DNA of 64,000 nucleotides from Vicugna vicugna. Its lineage: Eukaryota. The position numbers were made by a program, and so were the translations under genes. The stretch lies in NCBI GenBank assembly GCA_013265495.1, contig MU062417.1:4712001-4776000 (forward strand), written 5' to 3'. The notes under the pieces were generated by a model. It was not told the origin of the DNA and did no database searches. It saw nothing but the letters and a program-made list of their open reading frames with translations. This document shows, piece by piece, positions 49,492 through 63,251 of this stretch (positions are counted from its first letter, which is position 1; the number at the start of each line of letters is the position of its first letter).

Positions 49492-50634
49492 TCACATTTC
49501 CTGGACACCGCCCTACAGCAGATGGAGATGGTGGAACTTGGCCAGGCATTTCACCTGGCCAGTATATTCTTTTTTGGCCACAGCAACATGATTTTCCTTT
49601 AGGGAAATAAGCTTTCCCTCAGTCATGGTGGGATTGTCAGTCAAGCTGCCTGCCTGTGATGGACATACAGGGTGGCAAATCAGACTCTCTTTCTCTTGAG
49701 TAGACATGAGATCAGCTGCACAGATTTGTCCCCGTGGGCCTATCCATGTGATGCTGCTCCTCAGATCCCAGATGGCTCTGACTCCTGTCCTTTTCCTGCT
49801 TGATTATTCAGTTCTTCCTCCTATTCTGGGAACTACCCTGTATCCTACAACACATTCGTTTTCTTACTGAGATTATCCAGAGTTGTTTTCTGTTGCTGGC
49901 AACCTTAGAACTGTAAGTGATAGGAAAGCTAATCTGCAGCTTGTCCTTGGACCTGATCCTGCACAGGGACAGGCTGACAGAGGAGGCTCACAGGAGCCAA
50001 GAACCCTGCTGTACCCAGTGATGGTGGAGCCCCGGAGAGAGGTGGGGCCTGCTAACAGAGCCACTCAGCTGCACTGTGATGTCCACTGAATAAATGCCTG
50101 CCCCCACTTCTTTGCTGTGTGCTCAACATGGCCATGAAGAAAATCCCTTCCTATTTTGGACTGCAGTTTCCAAAACATTTTCACCTTATCTGTGTCCTGG
50201 GTGGAGGAGCTCGAGTTTCTCTCAGAAGGAGAGAACCCAGCCTCCCAGCGCTGACTCCTCACAGGGCCAGGCTCCAAGGTGGCTGTCTCCCTTCTTGCCC
50301 TTCTTCTCCCTTCCAAAACAGCTCACCCAAGAGCCCTGGAGGTAGGTTAGCACTAGGAGAAAAGGAGAGTGTATGGCAGAGAGGAAAGAACCAGACAAAT
50401 CTATCAGCTGCAGCTCTGCCACCTGCAGAGACGTGGCCAGTTTTGCTCACTGTTCCATCTGCAATGGCGGCGGCGCCTACTGACTGCCCAACGGAGGGTC
50501 ATTCTCAAATGAACCCGCTCCTAAACTGGGCCCTCCTTTTCCCCTCTGAATGTCCACGACACCCTATCTCTGAACCTCCCTGGCTGTCGCACCCATCACT
50601 GTAGTTCTGCAACATGCTGCCCTAGGAGGCAGTA

Positions 50635-50770
50635 TGCCCTCTCCTTCAAGGTGTTCAAGTTGAGTTTGGAAGACCATCTGACAAGGCAGTTTTAAGAAGA
50701 TTCAAGCTCAAGATGGGAAGTTGGGCTAAATGAACTCTAAGATCCCTTCTAACTTGTGTTTGATTATTCT
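50635..50770 (+). mobile_element. L3/CR1 or MIR3 3' end
   Basis: aggtgttcaag...gaccatctg...gggaagttgggctaaatgaactctaagatcccttctaac. Confidence 0.65.
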
Positions 50771-50789
50771 GTATCTGTTTCTTGTTTTA

Positions 50790-51443
50790 ACTTTAAAATG
50801 TTTTTTGTGAATTTTTCAAGCATACAGAAAAGTACACAAATAATAAAGTAACTGACAAACACCTGTCAGATTTAAACCTCTTGCCATGTTTGTTCCAGAT
50901 TCAAATAAACTCTCTGCAGATTTGTATGTGTGTGTTAATTAAATATGTACTGAGGTACAATTTACATATAAAAAGTACAAAGATTTTGAGCATACAGTGT
51001 GGTAAGTTTTGACAACGGTGTACACATATGTAACTACCACCCCAGACAAGATACGGAATTTTCTCTCATGTATCTTTTTCAGTTAATCCCCCCTGCCAAG
51101 GGAATCACTGTTCTGATTTCTCTCACCATAGATTAGTTTTGCCTGATCTAGAACTTTCTATAAATAGAATCATATGGAATGAATTCTTTTGTCCCTGACC
51201 TCTTTTGCTCATCATAATGTTTTTGGGATTCTTCCATGATGCTGCAAGTATCAGTACCTGATTCCTTTTTATTTCTGAGTAATGTTCCATTGGATGAATA
51301 TACCACAGTGTATTCACCCAATAATGGACCTTTGGATAACATATTTACCCAACATAAATGAAGGCATACATCAACAAAAAGAACAGTATAAGTATATTCA
51401 TAGCATCTTTTCTCATGATAGCTCCAAATTGGAAACAACCCAA
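50790..51443 (-). mobile_element. Old L1M elements; the L1MB-like one has a 5' inversion
   Basis: 50930-51335 is a minus-strand L1 3' end; 51340-51443 is the immediately upstream L1 segment in plus orientation, ending ggaaacaacccaa. Confidence 0.7.
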
Positions 51444-52599
51444 GTGGGTGTTCTATTTTTATATGAGCATCTTTCTTTCTAGACGATGAGGACAGGATGC
51501 TCCCTGATTCATCTGTGTACCCTCTGTGATTTGAACATAATAGAAGAATAAATAAGTCTTTGTTGAATGGATGAAAGGCAGAGGAAGGAGAAGAGTTCTC
51601 CAAACCTAGGGCAAGAGATGAGGGGTAAGGTCAGCTCAACTAGGTGTAAGACAGAATGTCAGCAGGGAACATGTAGGTGTTTGTTCACCCAGGAGCCTCA
51701 ATGCTAAGCTCATATCCTAGCACAGGGTAAGTGTTCAGGATATGTATGTTGAATAAATGAAAAGAAGTAATCATGCTGTGGAGTGTTGAAATCACTAGGT
51801 CCTCTTCTTTTCAGACCATCCTAACTTCCACAGCAACCTTGCTTAGTGGAAAGACACACCCACCAGGGTACAGGGACAAAGGGACAGTGGCAAAGAGAGA
51901 GAAAGGCCTAGAGGTAAGGTCTGGAGATAAGGAAGAGGAGATTTCCAGAAGATAAGGCAGATAAGGAAGAGGGAATAAGGAAGAGGAAGTTTCCAGAGTA
52001 AAGTTAAAATAAATTAAACTGGGCTCTCTCTCTTGCCCTTAACCTCATCGCTTTCATATTTGTCCCTGGTAGACCCAAGCAAGGGTTCCTCCCATCTAAG
52101 ATCAAGAAATTTACTTGGAGAGCTTGAGGGACCTACCATGTCTAGGATGTCTTGCCCTTCTCACTTTCCATTACTTCTTCAGGCGTATGCTTTCAGATCT
52201 TCATGAAGGCATCAAACGAAGCCAGAGGATGAGCAGCTTTTCACTTACCCCAGCCAGGGGCTCCGACTCTTCAGCTCTTCAGGAAATCAAAGATTTGGCT
52301 GTGGATGGAAAGTTCATTTTACAAAGGATAGAAAATACGGCCTCATTTCAGTGTTTTTGTTTCAAGGCATGGATAAATATATTCCCTTAAATATCTTAAC
52401 TTCAAGTCCTCTCAGGCAGGAATGAAAGGTTTCCAGAGAAGTAAAGAGAAGAGGAGGTTTACTGGGCTCTCTGACCCCAGTGTGACTCTTTACCGCAGAA
52501 TTAACATATATGGATCTAGAGATTTTTCCCTCTGATGCTCCAACTCTATCACTTGGCCTGGAAGCTGTAGGCACATTAATTTCCAGGAAGCAGTAGTGG

Positions 52600-52755
52600 G
52601 AAAAGGACACTAGGATTCCAAGTTCCTGCATCCTTCTGGTTGTACACCTAGCTATTTATACAACCTCAGGTAAGCCTGTTGCCTCACCTGTATAATGAGA
52701 CGGCTGGATTAGACAATCTCCAAGACCCTCTTCCAGCTTGAAAATCTATGCTTCT
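52600..52755 (+). mobile_element. MIR/MIR3 SINE
   Basis: cctcacctgtataatgag...ggattagacaatctccaagaccctcttccagcttgaaaatctatg. Confidence 0.7.
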
Positions 52756-55379
52756 AGGTTTACAAGCTCAAAGCCTTGATCCCACTGGTCCCACCACAAT
52801 AAATGCACCGAGGGGAGATGTTCACAGCCATCTCCTGCAGCAAGCTCATGTGTTTTGAAGATTCACATGAATGTTTTAAAGACTATAACTCACTGTTCAT
52901 TCCTATTGAGGTGATTTTCCTGTTTGCAATGTTTCCTTATTTGAGGTCCAATTCAGAAATGCTTTTAGTCAACTGTCAGTGTAGACGGAGAAAAATAATC
53001 TGGAAGATTTTCTGCTTTATATCCTTGTTGATAATACAAACAAGGCCCAACCGCCTTCAGAGGGTGGTGGAAGGCTAGGAAATTCTCATCCTTTCAGGGC
53101 TAAAAATAAGTATTTGTTGATGATCTGGACAATCTGATTGCTTGAAACAGCAGCAGCCTGAAGTCTTACACCACATGAAAGAGGAGGGTGCATTTCCCCG
53201 GATGGGCCCAGGGACACCAGAGTTTAAGTTGACCTTTTGAAAAGGAACACTGAGAAACTTGGGTCTGTGGTTCCCATCCCCCACCTGAATTTTCTGGGCC
53301 CAGCACTGAATTTTACATGAAATATCCTAAGTACATCCTTTAAGCTGAACATCATTTATTTCCTGTTAGGATTTAAAGTGGATTATATATTCAGCCTGAC
53401 CTTTAGAGAACTTATGATACGAGGAGGATTTCTAGGGATTCACTTTATGGAAGATCCTGGAGATTAAAGAGAGTTCAGTCAATAAAAAGTTTTTTTTCCT
53501 ACTTGTCGACTGACAGAGCCATTGGTCTTGAATGATTCTGTTTGTTCACTTTGACCTTCCTCCTTTTTTTCAAAAGAGGCCAAGACCTTTGGAAGAAGAT
53601 GGACCTGGCCCCAGATTATGGCTTTGCCCCTCACCCGTTGTGGGACTGCTGCGGACACACCTAAGCCAGGCTTATCACTGGGCAAATGGCAGGGACCACT
53701 CAGAAAGATGGTGAGTATCTGGAGAGCAAAGTGGGCTGATGCCCCTTTCCCCACAGTGATGTTCCTAGTAACACTGAAAGCCACTCTTAGGCCAAATTCT
53801 GCCAAGCAGTCAAACGTTTATTATTAGCACGCTGGTACAACACAGTTGTAGAAGCTCTTCACCCAGCCTGTTTTGCAGTGCTCCAACAAAGACCATGCAC
53901 AGCACATCTGCTCAGAGGTGTGGTGCGTCTTCTCGGTCAGCACGGAACTGGAGGGGCGTAGGACCCATAGGGATGCCCTTTGGCATTAAACTGCTGGACT
54001 TGCCCACTTTTTATGCCTCATTTATGCAAAAGCACCAGAGGCTGTGTCATATTTCTAATCAGTGACCTATTTGAGAATGCATCTCCCACTCATTTCACCA
54101 ACAGAAATATTTCTAGCATCCCTTATGCTAATTAATAAACTCTTCAGTGTAGAGTTCCATACTGTAATTTAAGTGCTAAGTAACTCCTTCTGAAGATATT
54201 GGTCCTTGATTAGGGCACTTGATCTGTTAATCACACTTAAGTGTTGACTCCTGACTTGTCCTTGAATACTTACTACTGCCCTTCACAGTATACATTAGAG
54301 CTATCTTGTCTAACTATCGTAATGTTTCTGCTGCAGCATCCCTCATCCCTTGCCTTACTTCCAGGAAGAGAATCTTCACTGTTGCAGAGGGTTTGGAGGG
54401 CAATGCAGTTTCCTTCTTTTCTTCCCTCCCTGTGGAATCCAGGATGATTCTTTAATTCCCTTTTACACTGTAAACCAATGGAGTTAATTGTTTCACACAC
54501 ACACACTCTCTCACCAATTTTCTGTCCCCTCTCTTCTTCCCTGTTTCTTATTAAGTTGTGGGCTTTAGATGCACCAGGATTTCAGAACTGGGGTCTAGTA
54601 CTGCATATTCACTCCTCAGCTGTATAAAACAAATACCTCCAGACCAAATTGGATACTTGGGTCTGCCTCTGGCTTGGTTCCTGGTTTCTCTTTCTTCTCT
54701 ATGCCTCCCTCATCCCCAGTCCTTTACCACCTTGGAGAAGTTTTGTCTGCCTGTCCCAGGCCTTGCCTGGGGAAATAACAGAAACTACCATCACTTCCAG
54801 GGATGGTCTTAAACAGCTTGGGGTGAAGAGGAAGAAAAGGCAGGTAATGTCTCATAAAATGTCACATCATTTTCTCCTTTTCTGGTTGTTTTTACCTCAA
54901 ATAAAGTCTTGCTGTATCTGGTCTTTGTGCATCTGAAACCAGAGGTTATCTTCAGAATCTCTCTTTCATCACTCCAAACTTGACCCCAGGGAAAAATGAT
55001 ACAGCATCCAAATTCAGAGGAGTGTATTTGAGGTTGGCCAGGGTGGGGAGGTGCTTACTTTATTTTTCTTGCGTGTAGTTTCTCTGACTCATTGGCTGTT
55101 TTCATTTTCCTCTCAGTGATCAAAATCACAAACCTTCACGTCCGTCCCATAAAGCAGCTGGGGATAGTAGCAGAATCCTTGGAGCCTCCTGCCTCCCAGG
55201 CATTGGGAGGCAGCCACGTGCTGCAGAGGGAGGACCGGCACGTGTCATCCCATGAGCTGGTCTGCGTAACACGTGTGCTCTGGAGCACAGATGTCAGGGC
55301 TCCTACTGACTCCTCAGACAGAAGCCCAGGCCTTGCTTTCTTACAAATGAGAAATGACTGTGTGTGTGTTTGTGTGTGT

Positions 55380-55825
55380 GTTTATTTCATTACAAAAAGT
55401 TCAGACAATAAAGACATCTTGTACATAAAGAAGACTCCCACCACCCACCCATAATTAACATTACAGTGTGTTCTCCTAGTCTTTTCAATATAAATATAAA
55501 AGTAAAAATTTTTGCAAAAAATTAAACCACACACACGCGCCTATTTTTTTAAGCCAAAACATGGAATCATACTATAAATGCCATCTGGCAACTTACTTTT
55601 TTGACTTACCATGTTGTAGACATCTGACCATGTCAATATGTAAATTTACAACAGTGTTTTTACACTGCTGTTTTTATATGACCCCATGGTATTCTGTTCT
55701 ATATGTACAACTTAACTTATATCCTATCAGAAGTTTTTTTTTTTTGCTATTATAAATGATGCAAAGATACATATATGTACAGTTATTTCTTAGAACAAAT
55801 TCCCAGAAGTAGGATTGCTGGGCAC
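55380..55825 (-). mobile_element. L1ME-like fragment
   Basis: ttgctattataaatgatgc...aattcccagaagtaggattgctggg; aacatggaatcatactata. Confidence 0.7.
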
Positions 55826-58800
55826 ACCATTATTCTCAGTACCTTCCCTCTGCCTCATGTCTTATCACTACCTGTTTTCACAAATTTCATCTCTTTTGGG
55901 GCACTTATTTCCCAGCAAATTCAGGGGCCTGTTACATTGTGAATAAAGCAAAGGAGAAAGAAGCAAATGCTTTGGATAAACTGCAAACATTTCTTTCTCC
56001 TGCTGTCCACATTTAAACATCTGTCTTCCTAGAGATCCTTTCAAGGCTACCACGCAGCCAGGTCCCAAGTGTGTGTGGAGGGCAGACCACAGGCAGAGGG
56101 AACAGGCCCTCAGACAGACACTCTGCTTCCTTTTCCCATGTCAACCCTTCTCTCTCAACCTGTACACTGCTTTCCAATACCTAGAGTGTGCTTTGCATGC
56201 AGAACACTTTGTGATCTGAATTTTCTTCTTCAAATTACAGGAATGAAGAAGCATCACGTGTTGACCAGCTCTTCTGATTTCCCTACTGCAACTAACACAT
56301 AAGTAAACTATTTGGTCTTGTCTCCCTGTTGTTCTGGTGGTCACTGTTCTGTTCTTCTTAACACCTGATGCAGTGAGAACCAATCATTTGGGGCTGGACA
56401 CAGTAGACAAGGGGAGTGCTGGGAGGGACAGGCACATCTGGACCAGGGGAAGATCCATCAGAGAGACCCCATTTTCTTCTTGTTCCTGTTTCTCCTTTCG
56501 ATCAACTCACTCTTTCAACCTGACCAGGGGGCTGAGAAGGAGCACAAAGGTGAAAAGCTTTTGACCTTCAAGTCATTCAGCAGCTCCAGTGAGTGGATGG
56601 AGGTGGAATTTGACCTTGTGGCTGGGAAAGTGGCCTGGAGAATCTCCATGGGAGACTAGTGAACTGTAAACACTGAATAAACGGAAAACCTAAGTCCACA
56701 CCACTCCCATAAGAGAGACCACACCTGGGTTTTGGTTTAGTCTTTTCATCGCCTCAGATTACTGATGAGAGGAGCAAATGGGATGACATTTATTTGCTTC
56801 GAAAATAAGTTAGAGCACCAGTTAAATGCAATAAATTAAGGTTACAGACTATCTCTAGCCCTTATCAACATAGATAATTAAAAAATTAACTATACAAGAG
56901 CAGATAGCTGCTGGAAAAATAACTTGTCACCATACATTGTTGGTACCAAGCTATTTTGATAGGCCAGCATAAAAATGTCTATATCTTGGTTACTTTGTCT
57001 GAAACAAAACTGTTCAATTTTTAAACATCCCAGTTCTTTTAATTCATCAAATTTATAGATATCTTTCTTTAAAAATAAACAAATTCTTCTTCAAAGTACA
57101 CAAAGCTAAGGGTGTGGGGGTATTAAGTACAGGCAGACGTGGGGTGGACTCTGTCCTCATAGAAAAGATGGAGAAAGTGAAGTAAAAAAGAATTACAATC
57201 CCTGATTTTAAGCCAGATGTGTCCCCCTGAGATCCTGGGCCAGTAGATACTTAAGGTATATAACCAGCACCCTTTCCTATTGTTTTCCCAGCACTAAAGA
57301 ATTCATGAGGATCAGCCTGAAGTAGGGCGAGCTTATGAAAAGTCAGCATGTGCAGCGAAGTAGGGAAACCTCCCACACATGGGGTACAGATGGAGACTCG
57401 AGACTCTACTAAAACCCTTCATTCACCTCTGGCTAGAGACTCCTGTTTTGCAAATTCTTCATCTGACACCAGCTCGGTTTGCTAAAACACATTTTATCTG
57501 CTTTGTAGGTCTCTACCCCTGGCATCTCTCTCTCTCTGTAGGAACTCTGGGTAACAACAGCTGTCAACACCCCAGCTCCCACTGTCAGCAGCTGAGCAGT
57601 CAGAGAAGCTGAGGCTGGGAGGGGGCCACACCTGTGTTCCTGGTGTCAGAAGGGAAGAGGCAGAGGGGAGGAAGGAGGCAGGGACTTGGGGGTGGTGGAC
57701 TGGGGAGGAGGTTGTGGGGGGAAGCTCCACTTTGCTCTTCCAAACCCAAAGAGTCAACATGACCTTCACTAATTAAGTCACCATCAAAAACCAAAGTCAG
57801 AAACAGGGATTGTGAATTCTCAATGCTAATTCAAGACCCATTTAAAGTCTTTGAGCAATTCATAGTCCCAGGGCCCAAAGAGAATAACTAGAGAGATGTA
57901 AACTATTTGTGCTTTGAAATGAAAGGGAGTACTAGTTAAAGACCCTGCCGGACTTGATTAAATGTTGCCTAATTGTTTTTGATCCCTACCCACTATCAGC
58001 CGGAATGGGAGCCTTTTTATTTTCATAAATAAAGACTGTCCTAGGTGGGATGATGTGCTGTGGGATGACCATCTTACAACTCTGGTTTTGTCNNNNNNNN
58101 NNNNNNNNNNNNNNNNNNNNNNNNNNNNNNNNNNNNNNNNNNNNNNNNNNNNNNNNNNNNNNNNNNNNNNNNNNNNNNNNNNNNNNNNNNNNNNNNNNNN
58201 NNNNNNNNNNNNNNNNNNNNNNNNNNNNNNNNNNNNNNNNNNNNNNNNNNNNNNNNNNNNNNNNNNNNNNNNNNNNNNNNNNNNNNNNTTCCCAACCTCT
58301 TGTAAACTCCAAGGGAAGTAGTTTGGCACCAAAAAAAAAGAGAGCTGGTATTATTATGTCAGTTACTGGAAGTTCTAGAAGCTTCTGAGTCTGTGTCATA
58401 ATGCCTGGATCTCTTTCATATCACCACAATTAAGAATCCTGACAGTGAAGGAATCTGTCTCCCTTCTTAAGTCTTCATTTTATACCCACCCAGAAAGCTT
58501 TGGGGGACCCTCAGAACCAGTTAAACCATGTGTGTCAAGTCTCCTGGTAAGTGACTTACAAGGAAACAGGATTTAACAAACACAAGGAAAGTGTTTTACA
58601 AACAATTTGCCAGATGGCTCTCCTCCACTTGTCATATTAGCTTGGTTTTGTGACTTATGAGTAAATTTCCTTGTACACGTCCCACTGGAGCTGCAGAGTT
58701 AGCGAAACTGGGTCAGAGGAATATCTAAATAAATCCTAGGCAAAGCAGAATTTTCAATCATAAAACTTCTTGGTCACTTTAATCACATGAAGGAAGCTCC

Positions 58801-59544
58801 AGGGTTTGGAAGGGCAGCATTTACCGGTTAACCCACAAAACCTGTGTAGGAGGTAGGACTCGCTTTCCACCACAAAACTTAACAGAACCCAGTTCGAACA
58901 CAACTTGTGGTTAAATCTCTCTCCTCTGACTTGATGTAACTGTGCTTTTTTCAGCATTGGGATTAGAGGTACCAAAATAGTCTGTATGACACTGGCTTTT
59001 CTCAGGCTGCATGGATCACGACCAGGAACTGGAAAATGCCAGAAGTTTCTCAAGACAAAATATTTTCTTCATTTTCCATACGTAAAAGTTGGGAATTGTT
59101 TTTCCTTCCTTCAAGGCAGATAGGTTCTAACGGCTACTATCCTCTGATGAAGAAAAATGGAGAGAATCCTCCCTCAAGAGGAGGAAATACTTCCACTGTT
59201 AAGGTCTCCTGCTCAACTGCAGAATAATTATTTATTTTAGGTTTGATTTTTCCAAGTCTGAAGCTGAGTATACAGTAAAACTTCACTCTCCAAGGCCCTT
59301 GATAGCAAGGGCTGTTTCTGTGCCCACAGGGGGAGTTGGGACAGGAGAAAGACAGATACAAGTGTATTTAATAGACTCCAAAATTGTTCATAGATGGACT
59401 CGTGTAATTGTCCTGCTCTTGTTTGAGAGTCTATTTCAAATGAAATAGGTAAGAACTGTAAATGTCTTTTCTTAGTCTAGTTGCGTTGCAAACTAATATT
59501 GGCTAAACGCCTCAGTTTTTCTTAAAAAAGAAAAAAAAACTACC

Positions 59545-59710
59545 ATTAAACCTGGAAGTCAGGAAACCTTGCTTCTGTGTGGGTCCAGCTCTGCCATTGA
59601 TTTATTTTGTGTCCCACTGTTACCCTTGCTTTTTCCATCTGTGAAATGGGGGTAAAGGGGAAGGGTTAGACTAGATCACTTTTAAGATTCCTTCTACTCT
59701 AGATATGAAG
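59545..59710 (+). mobile_element. MIR/MIR3 SINE
   Basis: ccatctgtgaaatggggg...gactagatcacttttaagattccttc. Confidence 0.65.
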
Positions 59711-59979
59711 CTATTGTTTTCTTTTTCAGTCCTCTTTGGGTTATACATTATCAACCATGACCTCCTTTTTGAGTGACCAGACAGGTGGTGGCACAAATCA
59801 ACTTTGTTAGAAAAATTCTTATTATAAACATCTTAGAAGCACATATGTGTAAAGGGTTGATATTTAACTTCATCAGGGATTATGTATGTTAAGTTTTAGG
59901 TATGTTAAAAGGTCACCAATTGAACAGAACTTCAAAATCAATTATGAATAGAAACTTGACTTTTTAAGCCATCATCTCA

Positions 59980-60683
59980 GGGGAAGGCTAGGTGCATCTC
60001 CCTCGCCATCTCTGCATTTGCTTTTGCATCTGTCTGGAACCTCCCTCCTCAGAACTGTCTCCTTCACTCTGGGTTCCCCATCCAAATGTCCTGTCTTCAC
60101 TTCAGGGCTGCCTCTGCCCATCTGTCTAAAGAAGGTCCCTCTCCTCCCCATCATATCATTCTGCCCTTATCTCTATCTGAAATTCTCTTAGATTTTTCAT
60201 TTGCTTGTTTCCTGTCTCCCTCCATGAGAAGGGGAAATCAAGGGAGCCTAAACTTTGTCTTGTTCTCTGTTATATCCCCAAGGCCAACTATAAAATTCTT
60301 AAATTCTAAACAAAGGAGCAAATCTGTTTCTCTTCCCCCACCATGTTCCTACTACGCTAAACTTCTCGTGGTTCTTCAAACACACCATGCCATTATCTCC
60401 ATGCTATTTGCTCTGCCAAGAAGACCCCCTTCTCTGTTTACAATTCTATCTGCTCCAGAAGATTCAGCTCAAAAACTGTTCTTTCTCTGGCGCAGCATGT
60501 GACAGAGCACCTGGAACTACCGTAGCTCTTACCACATTGTGCTGACTTCATTTATCTGTCTACCCTGTAAGGCTGAAGGGACCCCTGATGTCAGGGACCA
60601 AACTTCATTTGCCTCTTACCTTGACGCCCCAGGCTTAGCACTGCATCTGGCCTACTCGTGGCTGAGAAGTGTTTGTGAGTGAA
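59980..60683 (+). mobile_element. L2 fragments
   Basis: gttcttcaaacacaccatg...ctgtaagg...cagggacc...cttagcactgcatctggc...gtttgtgagtgaa (L2 3' end). Confidence 0.6.
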
Positions 60684-60685
60684 CA

Positions 60686-61208
60686 TGTGCATAAAGAATG
60701 TCACCTACCATTTCTGTAAACAGGTTGTTGAGTCCATCAAATTCTCAACCACTGCACCATGTACCCTAAGGGGAATTCAGGATGGAGAAAAACAGGTTGC
60801 CTGCCACCAAGCCATCAGCCTCTGCAGCCACCCCCAAGAGTACATCCTGAGGGGATTCAGGATACAGAAAAAAAGGACATTGGCCCTAGATAGTTCAGGT
60901 GCATATCACAGGAATAATTTCAATAAGCTCAGACTCTTGCATCTTCCTACATAAAAAAAAGTGCCAAATTCATTAACTTGGGATGTCTCGTTTTCTTTAA
61001 TTAGCAGTAATCCTTTGATGTTCCAACTATCTGGGATTTTTGTTTTTGTTTTCAAAAAACTCCTATATATCCTAGCTCCTCCCCCTCCTCTTTGGAACAG
61101 TCCCTCAGAGCTATTTGAGAGGCTGTCTCCAAGGCTTAAGTCCTCAGTAAGTCTGCCAAATAAAGCATAATTCTCAGTTCTTAGGTTGTGCATTTTTTTC
61201 AGTTGATA
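60686..61208 (+). mobile_element. Solo LTR, same family as 49061-49491
   Basis: ctcctatatatcc TATA-like element; AATAAA near 61159; flanks AACA and AATG are consistent with a CpG-decayed AACG TSD. Confidence 0.85.
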
Positions 61209-62539
61209 AATGATTTCCTCCAAAGCTTTTGGATAATTAGACTTGTATGTAGAGGGAGACATAGCCTAACAGGCCCTTGACCTTTGGGAGATTCTGTTTA
61301 TTACCACTGTCATGTTTCTGGAGGGGACCTGATTAGGGGAGACTCACATAATGACTATCTGGGAGTAGAAGATACTGACCAACAAGAATGTGAGCAGGAG
61401 CTGCTGGTTGCCTTTTGCTGAGGGACACCAGGCACTCAAAAAAGTGTAAATTCCTTCACCTTCGCATTTGGCTTTTTGTCCACCAACTGATGAAACATAT
61501 TCCTACTCCACAGTTGCTTGTGGCCCAAAAGCTGTAGAAGAGCTGGTCACATTTTCAAGTATTCACCCTCTGGGTGACAGATTCCTCTGAGATCCTAGAG
61601 GAAAGCACAGAAAGGCATGTCAGCTTTACCCACTTCAGATACAATTTTCCAGGAACCCCTGACCAAAATCTGGCGGCAAAAAGGGGCTGCCACAAATGAT
61701 CAGTTTCTTTTAAATCTGTTTCTGATTCTCCAGGGAGTTAAATGTGATGACAAGCATGATAACCCTCCTGTTAACCACAAGTGGGCTGTTAGAAGGTTAG
61801 TCAATTTTTATTAAGAGTAGTTATCACAGGGCAAAACATCCCAACACGTCAGTAATAACTCCCACTTACAGGGGATGTTACTGAAGACTTGTTGAATGCA
61901 GAAGAGATATCCTAAACCCAAAAGTGATGGGGAAAGTAGCTCTAGCAGAACAACATAGCATTTATAAATATTTATTGATTGAAAAATAACATTTTCTTCT
62001 GGTTTGCCAAGGGTGTGGAAAATAGGAAGCTCAGGATAATACCATTTAAGTAATGACCCAGCCTTTGGGATCAGTTTTAAAACTCTTACATTTGGGGGGA
62101 TTTGATGGAGGGTTTGATTAATGGAGCAAGATTTCCTGGAGGGCCTGATGTTATAGATCTTTTCTGGATGCTTACATCTCTGATGAGGATTATCAAGGGT
62201 AATACTATTACTCTTGGGTTAGTCTTTTGAATTGGATGTGATTCTCCTTCCTCTTAATGCCTCAGTCCTTTATATATTCTGTTTCTACATTACGTCATAA
62301 TGTTTGAGTCTTATTTCTCCTATTAATTTTAAGCTCTTTGAGGGCAAGGCTTACAGATTAGTTATCTCTATAGCTCCTGCATAATTCAGCACAGAGGTAG
62401 GAATTCAATACACTGAGACAAATTCAGAATTTACTTATACAGCCAAGTTCCCTTATAATCAAAAGGAAGGAGAAAAGAATCATAAGAGAGAAGTTTATAA
62501 AACAGAATACTAATTTATGATAAGAGACTATGCTAAAAC

Positions 62540-63005
62540 TGTCTGGCAAAATTTCTGGTTCTTCCCACTTCTGGTCACATATGCAGATTCTAATACCCTG
62601 CCCCCCTTATGGTTGGGTGAACACGTGTGACTGGTTCTAGACACTGAATTGTGAACAGAAATGGTATGTGTCACTTGTGGACTAGGATTCTGACCAACCA
62701 TCCCAGTTGTCTGAGACTGAAGGGTTTCTCAGGACACAGAACTTACAGTGTTAAACTAGGACAGTCACTGGCAAACCAGGCCAGTTGTCACTTTAGCTGG
62801 AGCATTTAACTGCTCTCTTTTTCCTTCTGGAAGAGACTGGCAACATTCAGGTCATGGGAACTCCAATTTTCTAGACACCTGGATCACACAATGAGCAGAA
62901 TATATCTGTGAACCCATGATGGGATGCCAGTTATTTCAATAAATGAAATTTTGATCAGGGAGTTTTTGTTATTGCAGCATAACCTAGCTTATCCTTACTG
63001 ATACA
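62540..63005 (+). mobile_element. MLT1J-like MaLR LTR carrying a MER94-like hAT MITE (about 62684-62795)
   Basis: Ends gttattgcagcataacctagcttatccttactgataca; the insert tgaccaaccatcccagtt...gggtttctcaggac...ggcaaaccagg...ttgtcact has inverted termini. Confidence 0.75.
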
Positions 63006-63251
63006 TGGATACAAATAACAACTGAGTTCATTGCACTGGTGAATAAGTGTTTCTTTTATTTTTTTATAATAGGAAGTTTTAAAAAATCACAAAGTTACTT
63101 GGTGAATTCAAAAGCAGAGCAAAAGCAGTTGGATAATCTTAAGATGTTTTCATAAATCTGAGCTAGATTTATCAGTCATTCTCTTCTCTAAAAAGTATAT
63201 ATGCCAAGAAGACTTGGTCAGGGACTGTCTTTCATTAAAAGTATTGGACAA

